Shown piece after piece: positions 14,301 to 21,478 of a DNA stretch of 64,000 nucleotides. Position 1 is the stretch's first letter; every line of letters starts with the position of its first letter. The notes under the pieces were generated by a model, which saw nothing but the letters and a program-made list of their open reading frames with translations, was not told the DNA's origin and searched no databases. Source of the DNA: a virus. The DNA lies in the IMG/VR virus record IMGVR_UViG_3300020048_000042, positions 32,001 through 96,000 of that record; one strand, 5' to 3'. The translations under genes and the position numbers were made by a program.

Positions 14301-14748
14301 TTCAGAAGACCAAATAGAAGCTGGTGAGGATTTCTTAAAAGCATTTATGGCTGGACAACTTGGTGAAACTAACGCAGTGGTTCCTAAAATTCAGGCAGGA
14401 CGATTTGTAACTTATAAAGGTACATCTTACATAGTCACACAACAAAATGCAAATGGTACTTGGCAAATATACAATCCATTACTGGAAGGTGCAGCTGCTA
14501 AGATATCAGTTTCAGAAGCAAATCTAAAAGCAAATGAGACACTTGCAAAAATTGTGGAGTATAATGGTGCTGAATATATTGTGACACCTAAGAATACTAT
14601 CATATCTTTGACGTCAAATAAAAAGATGAATTGGGATGAAAACAATGGTGATAGAAAAGCAGTTCTTGCATTAGCAAGACAGAACAAAACAATCATCAAA
14701 CCAAACAACAGACCAAGCATTGATCCAACAGATGAAAACAACTGTTAA
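2335..14748 (+). CDS. Giant virion-packaged RNA polymerase polyprotein (crAss/phi14:2 gp66-like two-barrel RNAP) with N-proximal zincin-like domain and C-terminal accessory domains
   Basis: 4137 aa; catalytic motif GSDFDIDSL (DFDID at 10495-10509) preceded by GVRIP (10378-10386); DYVKRLKK and FDGQS motifs; HEAFH...EE zincin motif at 5461-5475. Confidence 0.85.
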   Translation: MGCTIATEQYIPVVENLIKLNSEVYKNFDNAAKFILQSDLTGEQKKLALHNMAHIYNGLSGLDATVYNLGKGIDIIKGVNLIDDTKAYIKFSSDLFGVKEPLPPTSTGIDKSIEALTKLSLITVTDLTNVSGPLSLIKQYFNTQVFDTLEERDFTIESFRAILRDVISNMSKADEGYKQVLYNTIEDVFSTLEKKSEYIDINTVVDLANLDTVLLTLDNGSMVEGVLYDDGTIDVVNADGTLEPMEASRIVSQKRARPADSSYSNDGKQVFNEDFFLSGLVIDSVNPEERVELIEALRKMSVPSAGIKISAVKLSNVGDIRVQRMKEVAFQDTSLAPLSRRDHETFENSTQVAYLESTPNGKVLTVSRPKASEQEFALVGEILATGQKFYIYSMENFAFVSSDNTTELLDLSNPGHLAMLQEMSVKSTTNSISPLENSDMASIVASQKLYERFKERVLAKVGSAFDANTSVDVTDEFVQLYDFSTQRGSSPVYKLLNEAVESNPQFSKIVTVVDVNASNEIVNEETRKLPFYFYKEINYKTKTIQYRPVSFLKGNQRIKVELPDGTVRIITEQSYVNEVLNLPEQITEMFKDEDARLVGLMNNNESLAKVAKTMHFVVKFPSEGGISYASARRNDQLEFGEFFAKYIVSLSEVLLSPQKTTALRNFRKLQYDFMPSAISGKGMILSYEFATARAAEGYQLQLEVRPYSQNSDRYGSAITNETKRFFNFKIDEGMINGLAKSLKGEGSLLKEVVAENPSLAGYDLNKSDDLLNFYTDVYAMSESGMATDSIKKLVSEISKAQQNFTQAVIDSVIKPLQENKEGVYTDFMELAKEDFNFTNGVNLEAMFSTGREDGKKSLRVVSPLVVGTPNDNRSTYNSSMKNLSILESGSRKSFKLVSKSPINVAPSDQASDNMDHTAAQKAIVDDVAETENQPVAITPIDTNDTPLNLKEEGDVSDQAEEDDDIIDIEPFSIASGEIQPATNDEILSEAEWLAEMLPQFGLDRTTLKDVINLSKIDGAVLGMFKDKMIYLNEALPSKGTVFHEAFHGVFRYLLTQKERDALIAEVVNNPTHASKFEADAVYEFARVRNITTTNFDTLIQLIAEEVLADGFQSYMAKAKPAAPKTAMQRFFDMLKRLLALFIKNRSEIENTYDKVKSGYYKTATIQSNMFDGQVAYEVIPGLIKYYSNEEGATLRAQSTLNPSEQVQLVNMVVGVIFQDKAQSDNFDTKFQRAVDKVLEEVYSMEKLVNQNPAMKDAIIAKYGPMISSFRFVLGARMKGLSVMDINLSGDAKNDNKQSPNTINLINDEKIDNTMGQHSFDVLRKIVKEKFDKTNSVKIAQEQDEFTIIDDEVVATFTGENANVVNDDEAQSAREELENNDFEAGFGEQNRMDSYVSQIRRFLSTIRNDQFDADLNINLPRMVDGDYIFPTMLKITAGLAPQNIIDAIGVMGKQMIKDGFTQSGKDLSAIADAINVLTKADPEGNPQSNRQLRQLLIEVLHGVELNYTMFNVTTPKQVSIKETTNMSELMDSKAVTFRLYDKVVDADITKKRNDIVANFLKKHSSSANDAAFKEAVNVLINFPKEWFSQPDLLSGLRGQTIMAMEFTTKIHKALETIGMNIPKSLVELSILGMNKAENNIELAVDVEMQKFYDVNENFVKQAQYLEKDFFRSLSYILTNAYVDGKPNVRLKTIMDDQNSKDAQINRFMVILKKASTYIVKYDPTDIPSVIKNAEGKSIYRFAKYNPLVLLTERLNTMTLEEALSNDPYFTNSLKNFISDNAVLGPLLNNETGTDVEKIQLFLDNFTMSMFGGVQQRIGDIAKQGQTFKSIDERSLYMLQLLSFMNMKSVRDKNGNEITTYMRPFHQLEATQTNFLVSAMYTPFVSKSNVTVKNQLGHALYKDDYWKIVEDLEAVVKQEYKRIAREWNRRLELKANYESGVSNQLNNNYNAILNDDNKTANVDADNLRAYKFNILSDFFQNENNTSLANDLVELAKSQQDFDSADLSNLRNKLNEFAKEQFQMYMETLERIQLIQKLPIPEGQKAYDPRPGVEKVETYFEASMLPEKIKLDFNSTSLTEMYPQPQGVNTKTTNPLMPVESLLYDKFMNNWRNALHFNQLMDGDMAMNVKNPQDYVKRLKKVVATGSNMKNGTHNVAYMNTITAFVHDMYPQYGPYYKREEIISDFMIESEALRDELLEGYDKAVDGTVEAILDTTVKWGDMIREVFDGQSISSLMHQMDMHDTLGRLDDRGLHILVAKHYRALTEDETRYLESMKIVNNAKKTVTAARNIYHKDSESYIDRGDVSVLNIEKTEDETIDVATERVFNELHGLYLSVYDLRKDREEAATMPDAANQVAMINSAIGSIYVKIHNYYTPLPHRQMMHDILNSMEMHQVDQLMDTTASKNATLLPIDVYSADRKDGYINFGLATLAVPNSAKYLQVETSGVKEKAKHSVQSKLLLPADISEKEFTKIIEVENERTGKQATESEMRAMLDVKNALNDYQLSLSKSTKARLTYFKNVLRKGSDFELGKIFTMIRESLQQQNAPMNILDMFAVKPDGKPVFSPNLSLIRNTLEYYMIAQYSKNVTDEKVAGFKNFHESAFGYEVMVDLETGKIVTTQEIAENPDTFKDKARFKSRPLSTTVEIQADGSKLYFVECILPKPYFENVQQEQFYMDNLTKMFGVRIPTEDKRSMIALKVVDFTDSSKLNNIIVPHFVHMLAGSDFDIDSLFGRMMSYYKNGKGNYSLYGDYSQYDDMEKGEFIEFLHFMSKNDDFGPLIKARKKQLIDDGTISIPSEGVLFDVLTGLGYTIDELGEFFDQKVLKSKYKDQKEFTSYMFDLTTESKELYVNAKEIADQNPENRELANTRNSYGKEHADLKAIRQTSVAEQKAIKEKLRIIDSAFEYQAMVDVMSQYGLPSNLSEFISKPQYSEMVSKKYENANLDASLRIIGNEAVFKYLYINQRASANQFLEILSKFGIDMKTITQKANLFTPTNMVASKIENNMNKDGIGRTAVMNKFLALASQYELILDEEAVVWNFQDLNGKFVNKDTFGQLNEKDQRVISIIGNILGVFADAAKDPIPAALQMNEVNASTTLAMIGIGLDPEFAVAFNFLPEVRKAALAVQQSQFAISEGLDQDYKFYNSAITTQIEDLVTKDPDTLTRLKVLGIVTPKSWPGRIVLDSSKVKIGFEPKGLSIYALKNDLLTPSAIGFEMRDAMTDVPLSENEMKVVLLSLYAKQAQQTWSMNRVASMTNLFKRLNPSLVAFDKMRDNIQEIRENKLFDEASVNRLFKGDQVWNVLEDTLNDANDQFSKIFLERTLFFKPITSSFKRYFEDPKTIANTLTSFLAINKFKMTFPNSRSSKNAYMQGIIDQDNAAILQTFTPEYWFTNDLYTQIEKMREKYPENDFLKLLRPDESDNTATVIYNSKPYPGIKERFVKLISKAKIKGDYANKIADDVTFLYNQGTVDEKLFVKKLFYHELARTGLQYAEGSFISYMPAELKVPISNYIEEFINGLDAVAKSSNFEEDFINFMKDYIGKDSQVDIYKFFDEMFSQLAFAASSENNNRKIPKFIDRDDTASMSFKINSKEPQYTKAIVKAFVPDNATMDRKTLPDAKAKAIGHVYTAFGYQTPVRADLDKIGKVNIIDLAGSEFTLDLSSGTGEENKANIILGSMLGIRRDPSEPDSTDFVFPAIVRIGNNTFVLQGVDTGAETSKSIGTNLVEAIVGKGVFTSIGSVARYTAIPSQYSSKSLSPIGFTTEDAETYNRYVTKKEGIVLNAEVVDDNAKAQIENPKKVVSGNELIGLSASERFTRKSVEQDSEYLYLFTDNAQRTSGTGKVNADGWYAQKYGATKKYPGKTQAVARGLDNAYPITTMVDDKRTQWSDVQFDTYKAIIDDEIETIKKAATNYKGIKFGAEMPFGQGAISNMKDSAPKTWAYLNTKLAELGIDNTGTTPIAGAKPQSDSASTNQINAGEDLLNGLMNQGTDNTSEVSEDQIEAGEDFLKAFMAGQLGETNAVVPKIQAGRFVTYKGTSYIVTQQNANGTWQIYNPLLEGAAAKISVSEANLKANETLAKIVEYNGAEYIVTPKNTIISLTSNKKMNWDENNGDRKAVLALARQNKTIIKPNNRPSIDPTDENNC

Positions 14749-14750
14749 TT

Positions 14751-15332
14751 ATGAAATGTAGAACTGACATAAAAAAGGCAATAGTCAAAAAAGCTATTGC
14801 TCAAAGTGAAACAAAGAACATTACAAGACTTTCTGAGTCTATCTTGTTTGTAAGTAACACTGCGTTTCCTAGTGGTAAAGCACAAGCATTTAGAGTTGCT
14901 GAAAGTGTTGTAAACAAAACCAATAAAGATTTCAATGGCCTTGTAGCTCATCGTAGAGAAATGACAACAGGACAAGAAATAGTTTTTAATCCAAGTCCTG
15001 AGCTAGTCACAATTTATTACAATGAGTATCTCAAAAGTTTTACTGAAAAGGAAGCTATAGCTATACAACGTGAGGATGCAGAACGTGCTGGTATTGAGTA
15101 TAGTGACGATTATCTTTTTGATAGTCCAGGTTCTGAGAACCCATTGTACAATATGTATGAAGATATGGCCAACTTGGAGTTAACTCCTGAAGTTATTGAG
15201 TATCTTTATAGCGACAGTAGTCAGCGAATGAGCATGATAAAATTTGCTCAGTCAGCTACAGACCTTATCTCAAATTTGAGAGGGTTGAATTATACAAATG
15301 ATGATATACTTGACAAAATAAAGTGTTTATAA
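14751..15332 (+). CDS. Small virion cargo-associated protein
   Basis: 193-aa ORF tightly packed between two giant ORFs (2-nt and 1-nt gaps); starts MKC, ends KCL. Confidence 0.55.
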   Translation: MKCRTDIKKAIVKKAIAQSETKNITRLSESILFVSNTAFPSGKAQAFRVAESVVNKTNKDFNGLVAHRREMTTGQEIVFNPSPELVTIYYNEYLKSFTEKEAIAIQREDAERAGIEYSDDYLFDSPGSENPLYNMYEDMANLELTPEVIEYLYSDSSQRMSMIKFAQSATDLISNLRGLNYTNDDILDKIKCL

Positions 15333-15333
15333 G

Positions 15334-18300
15334 ATGAGTGCATGTCCAAATCCAAATGACCAAGCCTGGAAAGACTTGGTGATAGCCTTTAATAGTGAAG
15401 CAGACGCAATGACTGCTTTTGTGCGTAATAACAATCAAGTACCAACAGTTGAGGAAGCAATGCAGATCCTGAAAGATTTAAGAATTCAGGATAAAGATGA
15501 ACAACTTTCTCTTGCATCTGATCAGTTTAAACTTTCACGTGCCGTTCAACAAAGAACAATGCTTGAGACTATGAAGTTTAGATCAAACAAAAATCAGAAG
15601 GTTACTATACAAAAGCTTATTGATATGAACCAATCATATCAAGACTTTTTAAATGACAACATTAAAGCTGCGCAAGAAGGCAATCCTGTAGAGCAAACGC
15701 TTAGTGTATCAAAGTTCATTGGTTCTTCTGAGTTTAAGGGTGATCCTAAAGAGTATGAGGCATTCAAGTTGTTTGGAACATTCATGCATGAGATTTTAGA
15801 ACTTGGTCAAGTTGAAGCTCTGAGACAAGATAAAACAATTGCACAAATTTACAATAGTGACTTCTTTGACAAAGTTTATGATGCGTATATGGCAAAACAT
15901 CCATTTGAAATTGAACGTTTGACAAAAGATGAAATGTATGAAATGGCATTAGGTCTTGTAGCAAATATCAATACTAAAAATGCAAGTGGTTATGTCATTC
16001 TTCCTGAAGTTACTGTTGTTGGTACATCAAAATCTGGTAGTAAGGTCATTGGACGTTTGGACATCTTAATGATTGACGCTGCAGGTAAAGTGCACATCTA
16101 TGACTTTAAAACTAAAAAGGTAAAATACCTTGTTGAGAGAAACGCGATTACAGGTGAAGAAGAAGTTAATGTTGACAAGGCCTTATATGGTCTTGCAATA
16201 AAAGAATTTCCAATTGGAAACAAGCCAGGTACTGCAGAGAAATTCAGGGAACTTCCTGTTAGAACTACATACGATACCTGGATGCTCCAACTTGATGTAT
16301 ACGAAAATATTTTAAAGCAAAATGATATCCCAGTTGCAAACAAAACCATTGCTGCACTGATGTATCAAATTGATGATGATAACAAAACTTATAAAGGACA
16401 AGTACTACATGTATTTGAAGATCAGGATTACTATGATCAAGCGCGTAGTGTTAAACTAAATACTGATGGTGTTTGGTTTAATGATGTAGATGCTACTTCT
16501 GATATTACGTTTGCGTTTAAAAGAGCAGTAAACATTGAGTTACCAATTGGTGAAGAAACTGAAGAGGAAATTAGATCAAAAAGCCCTGAAGAGTTATTTG
16601 ATATTAACCCTTCTGACAAGAACATGGAAGACTTTGTTAAGGTACTTGATGGTGTTATATCAGGCCAAATCACAAAAATCTATGAAGAAATTGATGACTT
16701 AACTAAAAAACCAAATCGTGATAAGCAATATGAAGATTTGCTTAAAGCACGTAGAGATACTCTTAACAATTTCAAAAAAATAATTGAGAAATTAAAAGGT
16801 TCAAATCCTTCAGTTCTTTTGAACTCAACAAACTTCTTTAATGCATTGAACACAATGGACAATGACTTGAAGACTATGTTTGAAATATCAAGACTTGCAT
16901 TAGAGGCTTACAAAACTTCTGCTAATCCATTAGACAACTTGCGTAATCTTGATAAAGTACGTGAAGCATTTAATAAAAGTGTTGTTCTTACACAGGTACT
17001 TGACGTGATGGATCAGATTGTTAATGAGGCAGCGATGTCTGAAGGCAGTACTATTACATCAGACAGTCCTGTGAGAAAGAAGTTGTCAGAACTTAATGCA
17101 TATGCTAATATGATACAGTCTAATTTTAAAGAGATTGGTATGGCAAATGCAATTGAGAACATAATGTCTGTTGGTGAAAAGGTATTCTCTGCAGTAAGTG
17201 AGCAACAAAAGGCTGCCATATTACCTGCACTTGAGAAAGCTAAGGCAGAATTAGAAGCACTAAAAACAAATCCTAAACTTGGATTGTACAGTAAGATAAA
17301 ATTTGCAACGTTTTCTTTGATGAACAAGAATTTCAAAGAGAAACTTAAAGAAGCAATGGGGCCTGAAGGAGATATTGTTATGTCTCGTATTGCAAAACTA
17401 GAGCGTGACATTATACGATTTGAAGGTTTAATGAAGGGTTATGATTTCTCAGAAGATGCAATCATGCAATACATTAATGGTATGACAGATCCTGGTTCTG
17501 CATTTTATCCTGGGATGCCAAATGCATTAGAGTCTGATACAATTCTTTCTGGATGGATGATGGATAAGGCTATTGCCTCTGCATCAAACTCTGACCTTGT
17601 GATATCATCATTTACAACAATGCTAAAAGACTTTAAGGCTCAGGCAGAGTATAATGTAATGACAGATGAGAAGTTGAAAAACTTTGATAGGTTACGTGAA
17701 AAGCTTTTGAATTCTGGATTTAGTCTTGAGTCATTAAACAAAGCAGTCTCTGAATGGAGAAAGGTTGTGTACTATGACAAAGAGAAAAAAGAAATGGTTG
17801 AAAAACGTGTTCTTACAATAGTAAAACCTTTTAGTGAAGAATACGAAAACACCTATAAAGGATTTAGCATTAGACTTAAAGAGTTAAATAGAGAAGTGTA
17901 TGATGTACGTTCTGTATATAACGAGAAGTTTGATACTCCTGAAAAGGATTCTGCGGAAGCAGACTTGTTAGCAAAAATTGCTGAGAGAGATCAACACAAT
18001 GACACATACATTGCATGGTTGTTAGAGAATGCTAATCTGCCATACACTGATGAGTTTTACAACTTACAGTTGATGTTGCCTCAAGAAATTCGTGATGCTC
18101 TTCAAAAGATTTATTTAGAGCAAGAAGTAATTTTACATAACGTAGGAAAAGGTAATGAGGTCTTGCTTGAGGAAGCAGATTTTGATAGACTTAAAGAACT
18201 TGACGCAGAAGCAAAACGTTTACGTATTTCTGCAGCAGATCAAAATGAAGACTATGCAACATACATTGAGAAGTTTAATGAGTTGTATGAGTATGATACC

Positions 18301-21300
18301 AATGACAACTACTTCAAAGCAATGGAGAATAATGCATTAGTGCGATTCTCTGATGATAAAGAACGTTTAGATAAATGGTATGCAGACAATACTGTAACCA
18401 GACCTACATCTGATTGGTATAATCAGTTAAATGAGTTGTATGAAAGACGTTCAGAAATCTATGAATCAGATCCACAGATAAAAGAGTTGATTGATAAGAA
18501 GTCACGCATCATGGCTCCTTACAAAAACTCAGGACGTTTTAATCCAAAGTATTTAACTGAAGAGGAAATTGCTGAGTTAGATGGTATTGAGGCAGAAATT
18601 GAAGATATCATTGAGGGTAAGAAAGCAGATAAAACAGTTTTGTCAAAAGAAGAACGACAAGCAGCTGCTGAAATAACTGCAGAGATTAAGAAACTTGTGT
18701 CTTTCCAGCTAAACCCTATTTACATCCAGGACTTTGAGTCAAGATATAGGATATTGAAAACAGCATTAAACGAAATGAATAATGCTCAAACAAAATTGAC
18801 TATTGCAAGAACCAAAGGTGACAAGACAGAAGTAGAAGAAGCAGAAAACGATGTGATTTTTGCAGTAAAAAGATTTGGTGAAGTTGAAAGCGATTTCAAA
18901 ACATACTATGAAAAATACCACTATAGTAAATACCAAACTATAAGAACAGGGTATGACCTTAAAACATACAAGGTTCCAAAAACATTCAACTTTGAAAGAC
19001 TTCCTGCAGCTACTGTTGCAGATAAGTATATGGAAACAGTTCCAAATCCAAAGTACTATAAGGTAAAAAGATTACGTGTTGGTAACTGGACACTTGATGA
19101 TCAGAAATTATCTAATGCTGATATAGAATTACTTCAAGAAGATCCTGACAAAGTTCGTGAGCTACATGTATCAGGTAGGTTAACTACTAAACCTGGGGCT
19201 TACAATCCAAACTTTATCAAAGGGCCTGATGGTATTCCATTACCAAAAGAGTTAAAACTTTCTGATGAAGGTCATTATCTGTTGGATCCTGCAATGGCTG
19301 CAACAAAAAATATCAATGATCAATACATGAAGATACTTAACAATCCTCAGTTGTTTGAGTTTTACAATGCAATGACTGATATGTTCTTTGACTTACAACA
19401 AAAAATTGAAGGACGTAAGATTGGATATCAAGTACCAGGATTTGCTGCATCAATGGGAGAAAGTATTGCAAATGAAGGATTCAAAGCTGGATTTGCAAAA
19501 CAATACAACTCCTTTATAGATAAGCACCTTAAAGCAGAAAGTAGTCAGCAAGATCAAGGTGAAAACTTGTATGGTGATATTGGTACAAAAATCAGAATGC
19601 GTTTCTCAAATCAACTAGGAGAAAACATTCAGTCAAGTGATACGATTGGTTCAGTAATGAAATGGGCTACTGAAGCACATATGAATATAGCAATGCAGGA
19701 AGCTGCACCAAAATCTAAAGCTTTTATTGAGTTCATGAAACTTAAGAAAGAAGAACTTGCAAAAGATGTACTCAAGGGTGATGTCTTTATTACTGATGAA
19801 GTTACAGGTGCTCGTGTAAAGGTAGATTTAAAACAAAAGCTTGCAGAGATTAACAACTTGATTAACATACTTGAATTTGAAAATGACAAGTTCTTATATG
19901 GTATTACTGAAAGAGAGAAGAACAGAAAGACTGCTAAGATAGTTAATGGCTTCTTTAAGTATACCAGCTTTATCAGAATTGGGTTTGATGTTGTCAATCA
20001 AGTAAAAAACTACACTTCAGGTAACGTCCAGGCGTTTTTGGCTGCTGGTGGAAACGATAGTGATCACTATGGTAAAAAAGATTGGTTGTTTGCTAAAGGA
20101 AAAGTATATGGTTACACTGGATTCTTGTCAAACTATTTTAAAGACTGGGGTCGTATTACAGATTTAACTGAGAGTACTATGTTATACAGGATGATGAATC
20201 CTGCACAAAAAGATATTCTTAAGTACTTTGAAGATGTATCTGGTGGTAGAAAACGTCGTATGACTGAGAAAGCTTTAGCTGTAGGAGAACTTGGATACCT
20301 TTTGCAAGATAAAGGTGATACAGAAATTGCAGTAACAGTAATGTATGCTGTAATGAACAATTATAAGTTTGAGCAAATTGATAGTATTGATCCAACAACT
20401 GGTGAAAAGATTTTTAAGCGTGATGCTAAAGGTAATCCTATAATGGTAGCAGCTCATGACGCATACGTAAAAGATGCAAATGGAAACCTTGTTATCAGAA
20501 AAGATGTCAACTACACCAAGCAAGATGAGAAACGCATACGTAACATCATCTATTCTGAAATGCGTCGTGCTCAAGGTAACTACGCAGGAGCAGATCAAAC
20601 AGAGATTGAAAGTAACACTATGGGTAAGATGCTATTCTTCTTTAGAAAGTTCTTGGTCCCACAGTTCTTAAACAGATTTGGTTACTTAAGACCAAACTGG
20701 GAAGCATCAGAAGTAGCTCTTGGATACTGGCGTGCCTTTGCAAGATCAATGAAATACTTTGGGGTAGGAAATACAATGAAAGAATTCCTCATTGGTTCAG
20801 AAACCATGAAGAAAATGGGTATGTCTGGTGGTATTAAAACGTATGTCATCAAAGACCCTAAGACAGGTAAGGTAATACGTTCTGAGAACATTGGTGACTT
20901 CTATGCAAAAAGAGTACAACACGCCAGACGTGACGCAATTGCCATGTTATTGTTGACTATCTTGAGTATGATGCTTTTATCATATGTAAAACGTAGAGAC
21001 GATGACGATGAAGAGCTTGGTATTCTTGAAGGTAACGCTATTCGTGTAATATGGGGTACTAAAGGTGAAACTGTTTCAATGTTCCCAGTTGGACAAGGTT
21101 CAAATGAGTATGTGAAAAACTTTACAACAGCTATTCCATTCTTACGTGAGGCACAAGCATCCATTAAGTTGTTGAATCATGGTTTCAAATATGCTGTTGC
21201 TATGTCAATGAATGGTGGTGAAGAGCCTGATCCAGATTATGACAGCGAACTTTACCAAGCAATGTGGAAAGATGCATTCTACTCAAGAAAATCTGGAGCT

Positions 21301-21417
21301 TATGAAAAGGGTGATGCTAAGATAGTTAAGGATATTGTAGACTTAACAGGTATCAAAAACTTCAGAGATATCTTTGATCCTAGTAATAGAATTGATATTC
21401 TTAAACGTAACCAATAA
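15334..21417 (+). CDS. Giant ejection protein with N-terminal PD-(D/E)XK nuclease domain and C-terminal membrane-spanning region
   Basis: 2027 aa; GTFMHEILE...E...GRLDILMID...IYDFKT...QLDVY nuclease motifs in the first ~330 aa; hydrophobic AIAMLLLTILSMMLLSYV near the C-terminus; long helical coiled regions. Confidence 0.75.
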   Translation: MSACPNPNDQAWKDLVIAFNSEADAMTAFVRNNNQVPTVEEAMQILKDLRIQDKDEQLSLASDQFKLSRAVQQRTMLETMKFRSNKNQKVTIQKLIDMNQSYQDFLNDNIKAAQEGNPVEQTLSVSKFIGSSEFKGDPKEYEAFKLFGTFMHEILELGQVEALRQDKTIAQIYNSDFFDKVYDAYMAKHPFEIERLTKDEMYEMALGLVANINTKNASGYVILPEVTVVGTSKSGSKVIGRLDILMIDAAGKVHIYDFKTKKVKYLVERNAITGEEEVNVDKALYGLAIKEFPIGNKPGTAEKFRELPVRTTYDTWMLQLDVYENILKQNDIPVANKTIAALMYQIDDDNKTYKGQVLHVFEDQDYYDQARSVKLNTDGVWFNDVDATSDITFAFKRAVNIELPIGEETEEEIRSKSPEELFDINPSDKNMEDFVKVLDGVISGQITKIYEEIDDLTKKPNRDKQYEDLLKARRDTLNNFKKIIEKLKGSNPSVLLNSTNFFNALNTMDNDLKTMFEISRLALEAYKTSANPLDNLRNLDKVREAFNKSVVLTQVLDVMDQIVNEAAMSEGSTITSDSPVRKKLSELNAYANMIQSNFKEIGMANAIENIMSVGEKVFSAVSEQQKAAILPALEKAKAELEALKTNPKLGLYSKIKFATFSLMNKNFKEKLKEAMGPEGDIVMSRIAKLERDIIRFEGLMKGYDFSEDAIMQYINGMTDPGSAFYPGMPNALESDTILSGWMMDKAIASASNSDLVISSFTTMLKDFKAQAEYNVMTDEKLKNFDRLREKLLNSGFSLESLNKAVSEWRKVVYYDKEKKEMVEKRVLTIVKPFSEEYENTYKGFSIRLKELNREVYDVRSVYNEKFDTPEKDSAEADLLAKIAERDQHNDTYIAWLLENANLPYTDEFYNLQLMLPQEIRDALQKIYLEQEVILHNVGKGNEVLLEEADFDRLKELDAEAKRLRISAADQNEDYATYIEKFNELYEYDTNDNYFKAMENNALVRFSDDKERLDKWYADNTVTRPTSDWYNQLNELYERRSEIYESDPQIKELIDKKSRIMAPYKNSGRFNPKYLTEEEIAELDGIEAEIEDIIEGKKADKTVLSKEERQAAAEITAEIKKLVSFQLNPIYIQDFESRYRILKTALNEMNNAQTKLTIARTKGDKTEVEEAENDVIFAVKRFGEVESDFKTYYEKYHYSKYQTIRTGYDLKTYKVPKTFNFERLPAATVADKYMETVPNPKYYKVKRLRVGNWTLDDQKLSNADIELLQEDPDKVRELHVSGRLTTKPGAYNPNFIKGPDGIPLPKELKLSDEGHYLLDPAMAATKNINDQYMKILNNPQLFEFYNAMTDMFFDLQQKIEGRKIGYQVPGFAASMGESIANEGFKAGFAKQYNSFIDKHLKAESSQQDQGENLYGDIGTKIRMRFSNQLGENIQSSDTIGSVMKWATEAHMNIAMQEAAPKSKAFIEFMKLKKEELAKDVLKGDVFITDEVTGARVKVDLKQKLAEINNLINILEFENDKFLYGITEREKNRKTAKIVNGFFKYTSFIRIGFDVVNQVKNYTSGNVQAFLAAGGNDSDHYGKKDWLFAKGKVYGYTGFLSNYFKDWGRITDLTESTMLYRMMNPAQKDILKYFEDVSGGRKRRMTEKALAVGELGYLLQDKGDTEIAVTVMYAVMNNYKFEQIDSIDPTTGEKIFKRDAKGNPIMVAAHDAYVKDANGNLVIRKDVNYTKQDEKRIRNIIYSEMRRAQGNYAGADQTEIESNTMGKMLFFFRKFLVPQFLNRFGYLRPNWEASEVALGYWRAFARSMKYFGVGNTMKEFLIGSETMKKMGMSGGIKTYVIKDPKTGKVIRSENIGDFYAKRVQHARRDAIAMLLLTILSMMLLSYVKRRDDDDEELGILEGNAIRVIWGTKGETVSMFPVGQGSNEYVKNFTTAIPFLREAQASIKLLNHGFKYAVAMSMNGGEEPDPDYDSELYQAMWKDAFYSRKSGAYEKGDAKIVKDIVDLTGIKNFRDIFDPSNRIDILKRNQ

Positions 21418-21435
21418 ACTTTAAATTTTTTTTAC

Positions 21436-21450
21436 TATATTATAGTGAGG
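21436..21450 (+). promoter_or_regulatory. Candidate phage late promoter motif TATATTATAGTGAGG
   Basis: 14/15 identical to 30893-30907; both lie 20-30 nt upstream of the first gene of a + strand late module. Confidence 0.5.
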
Positions 21451-21478
21451 TGTAACTGATAATCAAAAAAAGAAAAAT

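Noticed and set aside
928-21164. Numerous antisense and alternative-frame ORFs (60-155 aa) inside the giant + strand genes
   Set aside because: They are fully nested in long ORFs with coherent motifs and have Ser/Leu/Phe-rich shadow composition and no initiation context. The same applies to nested + strand ORFs within the - strand replication genes.
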